Origin: an uncultured bacterium
GTDB taxonomy: Bacteria; Gemmatimonadota; Gemmatimonadetes; Gemmatimonadales; Gemmatimonadaceae
DNA length: 64,000 nt
Reading direction: 5' to 3'
Assembly (NCBI GenBank): GCA_963978095.1
Contig: CAXBQP010000005.1
Location: 1 to 64,000, forward strand
The translations under genes and the position numbers were made by a program. Position 1 is the first letter of the stretch. Each line of letters opens with the position of its first letter. Positions 10,165-18,953 of this stretch are shown here, in pieces. The notes below the pieces were generated by a model. The model had not been told where the DNA came from. It saw only the letters and a list, made by a program, of their open reading frames with translations, and did not search any database.

Positions 10165-10653
10165 TCAGGCGGTGACGAAGGCCGTCGGCCACTCCGCCTT
10201 GTCGGAATCCTCCTCGTACAACTTGTCGAGGTTCACGACGATGTTCGCACCGTCCTTGCGCACCTGATACCGATCCATGGAGCGGGTGGCGCGCCCCTCG
10301 AGGTACTTGCCGTCCGGCGCGTACTTGGATTTGTGTTTGGGGCACTGGAAGCGGTTGTCAGAGGCCAGCCACTTGAGTGCCGTGTTCTGGTGCGGGCACG
10401 ACAGCGCGAAGGCATAGACCTTGCCCGCGGAGCGCGCGAGAATGACTTCCTTGTCCTTGTCCACGGTCACGCCGTCGGCCGCGGGGATCGCATACTTCGC
10501 CTCGGCGCGAGTCGACTCGAGCGCCGAGATGAATCGAAGCGGCATCGCGTCCGCGGTGCTGCTGATGGCCACGAGCGTCGCCGCCGCCATGGCCGCGTCG
10601 CGCAGGAAGGCCCGGCGCCCCACTTCACATCCGTTGCAGTTCTCGTCGCTCAT
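10165..10653 (-). CDS. Tat-exported Rieske [2Fe-2S] protein
   Basis: GRRAFL twin-arginine motif; ligand boxes CPHQ and CPKH. Confidence 0.9.
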   Translation of the reverse strand: MSDENCNGCEVGRRAFLRDAAMAAATLVAISSTADAMPLRFISALESTRAEAKYAIPAADGVTVDKDKEVILARSAGKVYAFALSCPHQNTALKWLASDNRFQCPKHKSKYAPDGKYLEGRATRSMDRYQVRKDGANIVVNLDKLYEEDSDKAEWPTAFVTA

Positions 10654-10671
10654 GAGTGTCGGAGGAATTGT

Positions 10672-11169
10672 TCAGGCAGCGCTCGTTAGTGCGACGCCCA
10701 CCAGTGCGGTCCACAGCCACAGCGTCAGGCTCGCGCGCGCGCCGAACGCAAAACGGTTCCACAGCGGGTTTCCGGTGGACGGATTCTTGGCCAGCGCTTG
10801 CTCGGTCTTCTGCACCAGGAGGCCGTTCGCCATCAGCAGCACGAATGAGCCAATCTTCAGGTAGTACACCGGGGAGGCCAGGAATGTGCCGGCGTCCGAC
10901 AACATCAGCAGCACGCCCGAGATCACGACCAGCGTCAACGCGATGAGCACCGGCCGGTGAATGGACGAGAAATCGACCAGCACGCGTCGGCGGTCGTCAT
11001 CCGTCCCTTTCATGGCGCGGAGCGCGGCACGATCCGAGGCCATCGCGAAGCCGCCGCCGACCATGATGCCCGCGATGTGCACGAAGGTCACCGCCGTGGA
11101 AACCGGCTTGGAGTGTCCGTAGAGATCCGCCCATGGTTTGGCGAGTTCGACCACCGTTTCAATGACTGA
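10672..11169 (-). CDS. 4-TM integral membrane protein (DUF6644/CopD/HemJ-like appearance)
   Basis: Four hydrophobic segments, FVHIAG, ISGVLL, YYLKI; start ATG 11169 or TTG 11190. Confidence 0.75.
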   Translation of the reverse strand, partial: SVIETVVELAKPWADLYGHSKPVSTAVTFVHIAGIMVGGGFAMASDRAALRAMKGTDDDRRRVLVDFSSIHRPVLIALTLVVISGVLLMLSDAGTFLASPVYYLKIGSFVLLMANGLLVQKTEQALAKNPSTGNPLWNRFAFGARASLTLWLWTALVGVALTSAA

Positions 11170-11325
11170 CATCCGGATCTCCCGATTCAAGCGTCAATCG
11201 GCGCAACGGGCGCCGATTCTTATCGTTGTCCAACGTCGAGAATCTAACGGCGCGCCCCATGGAATACACGGTGGGGGAACCGGTCGTGGGGTGTCGGAAG
11301 CCCACGGAATGAAGCCGCTGGGGCG

Positions 11326-12204
11326 TCAGCCGTCGCCGCGTCCTCCGCTGCCGGTCGAGCTACCCGAGACCGTGATGGTGACGGTCCCCTTGGCGCTATC
11401 ATAGACATTCGACAACGCGGTGAGTGCGGACGTCGATTGCCCGCCGGTCCAGCTCCCCGTCGCCGAGAAACGGGCCCCGTGGTTCGGGCAATAGAACGTA
11501 CCGCTGGTGATCTGCACCGTGGTCCCTTGATGCGGACACACCATGGAGAGCGCCGTGAACGCGGTGGCGCTCGTGCGGACCAGCGCCACCGGTGTGCCCG
11601 TTCCCCCGTCGACGCGGGCAATGCCGCCGACCGTCGCCAAGGCGGGGAACGCGCTCAACGTGACCACCAAGGTACTGCTCGTGGTGGGCGTGGTGGGGTT
11701 GGTGACCGGGGTACCGGCGATGGTCAGGAGCCCCGTGGTCGCGTCGTATTGCGTGGTGTAGCTCACCAGATTCCCGGTGATCTGCCCGCCGGTCCACGTC
11801 CCCGACGTGTTGAACGCGGCGCCATGGTTGGGGCAGGTGAAGCCGTTGGCGGTCACCGTCAGGGTTGTCCCCTGATGCGGGCAGACCAGCGAAAATGCCG
11901 AGTAGGTGGCCGTTCCCGTGCGCACGACGGCGAGCGGTGCGCCCGTGCCGTTGTCCACGCGAGCGACGCCACCCACGACATTCAGTGCCGGAAAGTTCGA
12001 GACCTTCACGCCCACGCCGGCCCCGAGGGTCAAACTGCCTGGGGCGACGGCGTCCCACACCCCTGTGCCGCAGGCATCCGCGAGCAACGCCGCGACGACG
12101 GCGAGCGTCCCCTGCGAAACGAAGGTACGGCGGTCGACGCCGCCGCGCCCGCATGGGCACCCCCCTCCGCAGCCGCTGGCGTCCCCTGCCGGTCGCGTCG
12201 ACAC
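11326..12204 (-). CDS. Tat lipoprotein with two tandem Rieske [2Fe-2S] domains
   Basis: DRRTFV...LADAC lipobox; two copies of CPHQG...CPNHG joined by a Thr/Pro linker; GTG start 5 nt after the upstream stop. Confidence 0.88.
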   Translation of the reverse strand: MSTRPAGDASGCGGGCPCGRGGVDRRTFVSQGTLAVVAALLADACGTGVWDAVAPGSLTLGAGVGVKVSNFPALNVVGGVARVDNGTGAPLAVVRTGTATYSAFSLVCPHQGTTLTVTANGFTCPNHGAAFNTSGTWTGGQITGNLVSYTTQYDATTGLLTIAGTPVTNPTTPTTSSTLVVTLSAFPALATVGGIARVDGGTGTPVALVRTSATAFTALSMVCPHQGTTVQITSGTFYCPNHGARFSATGSWTGGQSTSALTALSNVYDSAKGTVTITVSGSSTGSGGRGDG

Positions 12205-12209
12205 GTGCG

Positions 12210-12860
12210 TCAGTCCTGGCGGAATGGCTTGAGCATCATCACCCACGACGCCACGGCCAACGATCCGGAGATGATCGCAGCCGACTTGTGGCGGTCACGC
12301 GCATCACCGCTCTGCTTGGCCTGCCCCGAGATCGTCCCGACATAGGTGAAGCCCGCGTCGGCCAGCAGCATCAACACCGAATGGGTGGTGCGCCATCCGC
12401 GCCCCGATGGATCCGCACGTCCCTCCCACCAGTTCCACGCCCCGGTCACCGTGTTGGTCGCGAAGAGCGCCGCCACACCGGTCGCCAGAATGGGGTGCGT
12501 CGTCTTCACCCATTGCGGCGCATCGGTCCCCTTCTGAATCAACGTCGTACCGGTCACATACTGCCCGACGAACAACGGCAGCATGGCCCAACTGGCGTAC
12601 TTGTGAATCTGCAATCGAGTCTCGTACCAGTCGCTGTACTCGATGGCGACAGCCTTCTTCTTCGGCTTCGTGGTGTCGCTGGCGATGTCCACCTGGAGGG
12701 GCGTCGCCATCACGGGAACAGCCGTCGCACTGACGCTGGGCTCGACGCGCGGAGCCCCGACCGCCGCAAACAGGGGACGAGCCGTCGCATCAACGCGAAG
12801 CGCGGGGACGGTGTCGGTCACTTGCACCAGCACGGCGAGAACCAGATGAAGCATGTCCAT
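12210..12860 (-). CDS. Hypothetical membrane protein with four His-bearing helices (cytochrome b561-like candidate)
   Basis: N-terminal hydrophobic peptide, low-complexity linker, then four hydrophobic helices each starting with His (H86, H122, H160, H191); GGAG-free but purine-rich leader, start 12860 or 12854. Confidence 0.75.
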   Translation of the reverse strand: MDMLHLVLAVLVQVTDTVPALRVDATARPLFAAVGAPRVEPSVSATAVPVMATPLQVDIASDTTKPKKKAVAIEYSDWYETRLQIHKYASWAMLPLFVGQYVTGTTLIQKGTDAPQWVKTTHPILATGVAALFATNTVTGAWNWWEGRADPSGRGWRTTHSVLMLLADAGFTYVGTISGQAKQSGDARDRHKSAAIISGSLAVASWVMMLKPFRQD

Positions 12861-12937
12861 CTCTGGAGAAAGGGTGTACCGCCCTGCGTCGGTACCGCTG
12901 CGTGCCGCCGCGTCGTCGCAGCCGTACGTTCAAGTAG

Positions 12938-12966
12938 ATTATACACCAGCGTGATCGTTTCGGCAG
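12938..12966 (-). promoter_or_regulatory. Putative sigma70 promoter for the Rieske/membrane operon
   Basis: Perfect TATAAT on the minus strand at 12943-12938 in a GC-rich background; weak -35 CTGCCG 17 nt upstream. Confidence 0.45.
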
Positions 12967-13064
12967 GGGACCAGCCGTCGATCCCTACAACGGTCGCGTC
13001 ACATCCGCCTCGTGCATCGCGGCCAGAGCCTCCGCCCCCGGTTCCGCCGCGCCATCTCACCATC

Positions 13065-14993
13065 GTGACTCTCCTCTCCCTCTCCAGCGTCGGCATCGAA
13101 TTCGGCGCGACCCCCCTGCTGGACGGCGTGTCCTTCACGGTCGCCAAAGGAGAGCGATGGGGGATCGTCGGCCGCAACGGGTGCGGCAAGACCTCGATCT
13201 TCAAGGTCATCACGGGGGCCCTCACTCCGACCGCGGGAAGCGTGGCCCGCATGCCGGGATTGCGGGTCTCGCTCCTCGACCAGCACCGCGACTTCGGCGA
13301 CGCGACCACGGTCTGGGCCGCCGCCGCCCGGCCGTACGCCGACGTGATGCAGCTCGAGATCACCCTCGCCGACACGGCGCAGAGGCTCGCCGAACTCGGC
13401 GAACACGCCCCGGAGGCGCTGCTGGAGCAGTACGGGCGGGACATGGAACGATTCGCCCACGAAGGGGGCTACACGTTTCACGCGCGCGTCGATGCGGTGC
13501 TGCAGGGACTGGGTTTCGATGCCCATGCCGCCAAGACACAACTCGTCAAGACGCTGAGTGGAGGCGAACGCGGCCGACTGGGGCTTGCCGCACAACTCGT
13601 GTCCCCCGCCGACCTCCTCCTCCTCGACGAACCGACCAACCACCTGGACCTCGAGACCACCACGTGGCTGCAGGAGTACCTGCGCGAGCTCGACGAGACG
13701 GTGATCGTGATCAGTCACGACCGCGCGTTCCTCGACGACGTCGTCGACCATGTGCTGCATCTTGAAGGCAAGACAGGCTACACCTATCGCGGTGGCTACT
13801 CCCAGTTCGTCCTGCAGCGGGCGGAACGGCGACTCGCCCAGGAGCGGCAGGTCGAGCAGCAGCGCAAAATGATCGCGAAGGAAGAGGACTACATCCGGCG
13901 CAACATCGCGGGCCAGAACACCGCCCAAGCCAAGGGGCGCCGCAAGCGGCTGGATCGCCTCCCGCGTCTCACCCCGCCCCCCGGTGAGAGCGGAGTGATG
14001 GTCCTCCGGCTGGAGTCCGACGATCGGGGGGGCGACCGCGTGATCGTCGCCGAGCAACTCGCCATCCGCATGGGCGACCGCACGCTCGTGCAGGGCTTCA
14101 GCGCCACCGCCAACCGTGGCGACGTGATCGCGCTCGTCGGCCCCAATGGCGCGGGCAAGTCGACATTCATCAAGACCCTCATCGGCGAGCGCGCCCCCAC
14201 GGCGGGAGAGGTGAAGCTCGGTGGCTCCATCAACGCCGCGTACTTCCGCCAGGATCTCGACCAACTCCCACTCGACCAGTCGCTCTATGACGTCATCAAC
14301 GACCTGCGACCACTCTGGACCCGTGGCGCCATCCAGAATCATCTCGGGATGTTCGGGTTCTCGGGTGACGAAGTCTTCCGCTCCACCCGCTCCCTTTCCG
14401 GGGGCGAGCGGGCCCGCCTCGCGATGGGGATCATCGTGCTGCAGCGCGCCAATCTCCTGATCCTCGACGAACCCACGAACCATCTCGACGTGGAATCGAT
14501 CGAAGCGCTCGAGGACGCGATCGATGACTACGACGGATCAGTGCTCCTCGTCTCGCACGACCGCGCGTTGCTGCGCGAACTGGCGACACGCGTCTGGGCC
14601 TTCAACGGCAACGCGTTGATCGACTACGGGGGCACCTTCGCCGAGTGGGAACGCGAGCGCCAGTCGACGGTGCTCGCCGAACGCGCGGCGGCGGCGCTGG
14701 CGAACGATGCGCGCAAGGAACAGGAGAAGGCCAAGGCCAGGCAGAACGCCGCCGCACAGCAGCAGGATCATGCCGCGCGTCGCGAGTCCAAGCGCGCCCT
14801 CGACAAGGCGGAACAGGCGGTGGCAGCGGCCGAGGACACGGTGGCCGCCATCCGGCGCGAACTCGAGGATCCGGCGCTGTACGACGGCAGCGGCGCGAAT
14901 GCGAAGCGCGCCGGCCTGCTCGACAAGCAGTTGGCCGACGCGCTCAAGACGCTCGACGCCGCGTTCGCGCGCTGGGCGGAGCTGGACGGATGA
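13065..14993 (+). CDS. ABC-F family ATPase (Uup/YheS-like ribosome-associated factor)
   Basis: Two ABC domains (GRNGCGKT, GPNGAGKS; LSGGE; LDEPTNHLD twice), no TM segments, C-terminal coiled coil; start GTG 13065. Confidence 0.93.
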   Translation: MTLLSLSSVGIEFGATPLLDGVSFTVAKGERWGIVGRNGCGKTSIFKVITGALTPTAGSVARMPGLRVSLLDQHRDFGDATTVWAAAARPYADVMQLEITLADTAQRLAELGEHAPEALLEQYGRDMERFAHEGGYTFHARVDAVLQGLGFDAHAAKTQLVKTLSGGERGRLGLAAQLVSPADLLLLDEPTNHLDLETTTWLQEYLRELDETVIVISHDRAFLDDVVDHVLHLEGKTGYTYRGGYSQFVLQRAERRLAQERQVEQQRKMIAKEEDYIRRNIAGQNTAQAKGRRKRLDRLPRLTPPPGESGVMVLRLESDDRGGDRVIVAEQLAIRMGDRTLVQGFSATANRGDVIALVGPNGAGKSTFIKTLIGERAPTAGEVKLGGSINAAYFRQDLDQLPLDQSLYDVINDLRPLWTRGAIQNHLGMFGFSGDEVFRSTRSLSGGERARLAMGIIVLQRANLLILDEPTNHLDVESIEALEDAIDDYDGSVLLVSHDRALLRELATRVWAFNGNALIDYGGTFAEWERERQSTVLAERAAAALANDARKEQEKAKARQNAAAQQQDHAARRESKRALDKAEQAVAAAEDTVAAIRRELEDPALYDGSGANAKRAGLLDKQLADALKTLDAAFARWAELDG

Positions 14994-15054
14994 ACAACGC
15001 GAGCACGGTCATCCGACCGGGCCCGCGTCACACCGGCACTACCGCCGGATCACG

Positions 15055-15567
15055 TCAGGGACGGCTGACGCGCACCGTGCCAGCCGCCGCATCATATGTC
15101 GTGCCGAAAGACACGAGATTCGAGGCGCGCGTCTGGCTCGTCACCCAGTTCCCGCTCGTGTCGAACTTCGCCCCGTGATTGGGGCAGGTGAAGCCTCCGG
15201 AGGTGATGCCGATCGTCGTCCCCTCATGCGTGCAGACCATGGACAGCGCCACGAAGCTGCTCGTCCCCGTGCGCACGAGCGCCACCGGGCTCCCGGATCC
15301 GCCATCCACGCGAGCCACGCCACCAACACTCGCCAACGCCGAGAAGTTCGCGAGCGATACCGTGAAAGCACCGCCGCTTCCGCCCGGACCGCTCAGGCCG
15401 CCGGTCGCACCACACGCCTCGAGCATCGCCGCCACCGTCGCCAGCGTGGCCGCGGACACGAACGTCCTGCGACTCACGCCATTCCGCTTGGCGGCCAAGG
15501 CATCGCACAGCGCGGCACAGGCAGGTACCTCGGAGAGCACAGCGGGATTCACGGGTGTCGCGTCCAT
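15055..15567 (-). CDS. Tat lipoprotein with a single Rieske [2Fe-2S] domain
   Basis: SRRTFV...MLEAC lipobox; CTHEG...CPNHG; clear paralogue of the domains at 11326-12204. Confidence 0.88.
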   Translation of the reverse strand: MDATPVNPAVLSEVPACAALCDALAAKRNGVSRRTFVSAATLATVAAMLEACGATGGLSGPGGSGGAFTVSLANFSALASVGGVARVDGGSGSPVALVRTGTSSFVALSMVCTHEGTTIGITSGGFTCPNHGAKFDTSGNWVTSQTRASNLVSFGTTYDAAAGTVRVSRP

Positions 15568-15697
15568 GAGAAGGTCAATCCTGTCTGAGAGGTGAGGGCA
15601 GATCCGCACGGCGTGCCGCGGCGCGCGGGACCGGAGACTCCAGAGGCGCCGCAGGCTGCGTTCTTCAACCCCGCCGCGGTCAAAAGGTTCGCGAACC

Positions 15698-16171
15698 CTA
15701 CTCCGCTTCCGGACGCAACTTGCGGTACGCGGCGATCGCCTGTCGCATGGCGAGCAAGGAGGACGCCTGCAACTCGAACTCCACCTGCACCTGCTGGAGC
15801 TGTTCCGGCGTGTGCTTGCCGAGCCGACGCACGAGCGTCGCCGGCAGGTCATGGCGGCGCACCGTGTCACGGCCCGCGTGCCACAGACTGTTGGCGGTGC
15901 GCCACAGCGTCTCGTCCAGCGCGCCCTTTCCCTGCGATGCCGCCCGCTCATAGCCATCGGCGCAGACGGTCAGGTGGCCCACGGCGGCATCACACATCTG
16001 CGCCACGTGCTTGAGCTCGTCATCGAGCCACCCTTTCGCGAGCAGGCGTCCCACCCGCTCGTGCTGGCGGGATGCTTCGACGGCCGCGCGCAACAGCGCA
16101 TCGGCGACTTCGATCAGCGACGGCGCGACGGCGACGTCGTCCTTGGCGGTGGACTGCTTGGCGGGGGGCAT
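15698..16171 (-). CDS. Hypothetical helical protein
   Basis: Well-formed ORF, AGGA upstream of ATG, all-alpha character. Confidence 0.7.
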   Translation of the reverse strand: MPPAKQSTAKDDVAVAPSLIEVADALLRAAVEASRQHERVGRLLAKGWLDDELKHVAQMCDAAVGHLTVCADGYERAASQGKGALDETLWRTANSLWHAGRDTVRRHDLPATLVRRLGKHTPEQLQQVQVEFELQASSLLAMRQAIAAYRKLRPEAE

Positions 16172-16251
16172 CGGTCCTAAGTGCGAGAGGTATCTGAACT
16201 ATGACAGGGCCCGCATCCGGCGACAAGTCTGCCCCGCCCCGGTGGACCGCA

Positions 16252-16983
16252 TCAGCGCACTTCGCCGATCCGAAAATGCAGGGGCCATCGGACCTGACGC
16301 CGCACCGCCGGATTCCCCCACCCCTCGAGCAACGCCTGTTCGAAGGTCAGCAACGCCTCCTCCCCCCGGGCCTCCACGTATCGCACCACCCCGGACCAGG
16401 TACGCACATACTGCCGAAACATCTCGTACGTCCAATCCTCGACCATGTCGAACGGGGGCGGCACGAACTCGTCGAGCGGGAGCGCAATCCCGCGATACCC
16501 GTCGTCGACCATCCGCCGCTCGGCTGGCCAGTATGAGCCGACCGTCACGCGATGGAACTGCTCCACCACGGCATCGAGCGGATCACTGAGCCGGCAGCGC
16601 GGATAACACCACGCCGCGAACACGCCCCCGGGCACCATGGCGCGCCGGACCTCCCGCATCAGGAGCGTCACATCCATCCAGTGGAGCGCCTGGGCGACCG
16701 TCACCAATGCCACCGACCGGTCCGGCAGCCCGGAGTCATACGTGGCCACCGCATACCGCACGCGCGGGTTCGCGATGCCGTGGGAGATCATCTCCTCGCT
16801 GGGGTCGGTCGCGAGCACGCGCGCCCAGCGCTCGGCCACCCCGATCGCCGCCTGCCCATTGCCCGTACCGACGTCCCACGCACTGCGATTGTCGTTCGTG
16901 ATCGTCGCGAGATAATGGAACAACGCTCGCGGATACCGCGGCCGGAATTTCGAATACGCCAGCGCGCGCGGACGATCCGTCAC
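16252..16983 (-). CDS. Class I SAM-dependent methyltransferase
   Basis: FRPRYP, WDVGTGNGQ, VAQALHW, PGG motifs. Confidence 0.9.
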   Translation of the reverse strand: MTDRPRALAYSKFRPRYPRALFHYLATITNDNRSAWDVGTGNGQAAIGVAERWARVLATDPSEEMISHGIANPRVRYAVATYDSGLPDRSVALVTVAQALHWMDVTLLMREVRRAMVPGGVFAAWCYPRCRLSDPLDAVVEQFHRVTVGSYWPAERRMVDDGYRGIALPLDEFVPPPFDMVEDWTYEMFRQYVRTWSGVVRYVEARGEEALLTFEQALLEGWGNPAVRRQVRWPLHFRIGEVR

Positions 16984-17582
16984 GACGCGCCGGAACCGGG
17001 TGTGCCCGACGGCAGAGCCGCCAACCGCTGCTCGATCGCGGCAAGACGCGCGATCACCTCACGATGCTGTTGCGTGGCGGTGCCTGGCTCGTGCAAGACG
17101 AAACTCAGCGAACCGCTCACTTCCAACTGCGCGCTCTCCACCGCGTGCAGATGATCGATCCCCTGCTTGCGGGCGGCGGTCTCCAGCTCGTCCCGCGTGA
17201 TCATGTTCCGACGCAACGCTGCGCGCAGCACCTTCCCGTCCCGGATCAACTCCTCCGGTCGTCCCTCGATCACGCGCCGGGCCCTGGGATGGCGGAACAC
17301 GAAACGCACCAACCCCTCGTTCACCACGAACAGCACGGCGGCGCCGAGCAAGCCCCCAGCCAATGAGTTGTCGTTGCCGATGATCGCATTCTGGACGGTA
17401 TTCGACAACAGCAACAGCACGATGAAGTCGAGGGGATTCAACTGCCCCAGCTCCCGCTTGCCGAAGACTCGAAGCCCCGCCACCAGGAAGGCGTACACGG
17501 CAATCGTACGGGCCACCTTCTCCACCACGGGAATGCCGGTCACCATCATGTCCTGCCATACGCTCTGCATCAGGGCCTCCAT
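16980..17582 (-). CDS. DUF421/YetF family membrane protein
   Basis: GKRELGQLNPLDF, EGRPEELIRDG, AQLEVSGSLS. Confidence 0.88.
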   Translation of the reverse strand: MEALMQSVWQDMMVTGIPVVEKVARTIAVYAFLVAGLRVFGKRELGQLNPLDFIVLLLLSNTVQNAIIGNDNSLAGGLLGAAVLFVVNEGLVRFVFRHPRARRVIEGRPEELIRDGKVLRAALRRNMITRDELETAARKQGIDHLHAVESAQLEVSGSLSFVLHEPGTATQQHREVIARLAAIEQRLAALPSGTPGSGAS

Positions 17583-17597
17583 CGTTGAACCGCGAGA

Positions 17598-18953
17598 CTA
17601 TTCCGCAGCCAACACCTCGCCGCGGCACTCGCCAAAGCCGATGCGCACCGCGCCGTCGCGCTCGCACCACCCACGAAACGTCACGACATCGCCATCCGCC
17701 AGGAAGGCCCGGGTCTCCCCGCTCGGCAACACCACCGGCGTCCTGCCGCGCATCGTGAGCTCCATCATCGACCCCCGTTCCGTCGCCCCCGGTCCACTGA
17801 CCGTACCGCTCCCGAGCAAATCGCCGGGACGCAGATTGCAGCCGTTCGAGGCATGGTGCGTGAGCATCTGCGCGAAGGTCCAGTACATGCTGCGAAAATC
17901 CGCGCCACACACTTGGGTCGCCGGTATCCCGGTCGCGCGCATCGCCGCGCTCTGCAGCCAGACCTCCAATCGGATATCGAAGGCACCGCGGGCCACATCG
18001 TCCACATCGGACAAATACGGCAGCGGCGCAGGGTCGCCCGCCGGACGTGCATAGGACGCGCAACGAAACGGCGCGAGGGCGTCGAGCGTGACCACCCAGG
18101 GCGATACCGACGTCGTGAAACTCTTGGCCAAGAACGGACCGAGCGGCTGGTACTCCCACCCTTGCACATCGCGCGCCGACCAGTCATTCAGCAGGCAGAT
18201 GCCGAACAGCCGCGACTCGGCCCGGGCGATCGGGACCGTCTGCCCGAGCGCCTGCTCCCCACACACGTAGGCGCCGAGTTCGAGTTCGTAATCCAGACTG
18301 CGCGTCGGTGCGACGAACGGATCCGCTGCAGGATCAGGACGCAACTGCCCCGACGGTCGGCGCACCGCGACACCGCTGGGCACAACACTCGACGCCCGCC
18401 CGTGATAGCCGATCGGAATCCATTTGTAGTTCGGCATCAGCGGCTGATCGGGCCGCAACATCACCCCGATGTTCGTCGCGTGATGGATCGAGGCATAGAA
18501 ATCCGTGTAATCACCGATCTGCGCCGGAAGCACCATGGTGGCCTCCGCCATCGGGACCAACAACTGCCCGCGCATCCGCGCAGCGCGACCGGCCGCCTCG
18601 CCGCCGACGCGCAGCAGTCGACTCGCCGCCCGTCGCACGACACGGGCACCATCGCGCCCGAGCGCCATCAAAGCGTTGAGCGTGGACTCTCCCAGCGCGG
18701 CGTGGACCGCGGCACGGCCAACGTCGGGAATCTCGTCGAGCAGACCGGCACGCACTGCGGCCTGGGCATCGAGGATCTGATCCCCGATCGCAATGCCGAT
18801 CCGCGCGGCATCGCGATCCGGAGCGCGAAACACGCCGAACGGAAGATTCTGGATGGGGAAATCGGTGGTCGGCTCGTTGGCGCCGTCCACCCATGACCGC
18901 AGGGTGGGATCGTGCGTCGCGTCGAGCATGGAGTCGTGGGACGAATCGGTCAC
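17598..18953 (-). CDS. fahA: Fumarylacetoacetase
   Basis: DFPIQNLPFG, GDYTDFYASIHHA, YHGRASS, LDYELE, NDWSARDVQ, GDLLGSGT, IGFGEC. Confidence 0.96.
   Translation of the reverse strand: MTDSSHDSMLDATHDPTLRSWVDGANEPTTDFPIQNLPFGVFRAPDRDAARIGIAIGDQILDAQAAVRAGLLDEIPDVGRAAVHAALGESTLNALMALGRDGARVVRRAASRLLRVGGEAAGRAARMRGQLLVPMAEATMVLPAQIGDYTDFYASIHHATNIGVMLRPDQPLMPNYKWIPIGYHGRASSVVPSGVAVRRPSGQLRPDPAADPFVAPTRSLDYELELGAYVCGEQALGQTVPIARAESRLFGICLLNDWSARDVQGWEYQPLGPFLAKSFTTSVSPWVVTLDALAPFRCASYARPAGDPAPLPYLSDVDDVARGAFDIRLEVWLQSAAMRATGIPATQVCGADFRSMYWTFAQMLTHHASNGCNLRPGDLLGSGTVSGPGATERGSMMELTMRGRTPVVLPSGETRAFLADGDVVTFRGWCERDGAVRIGFGECRGEVLAAE

Noticed and set aside
11865..13064. Apparent 400-aa N-terminal extension of the ABC-F ORF
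   Set aside because: Arg/Pro-rich open frame antisense to real genes; the ABC domain starts at GTG 13065.
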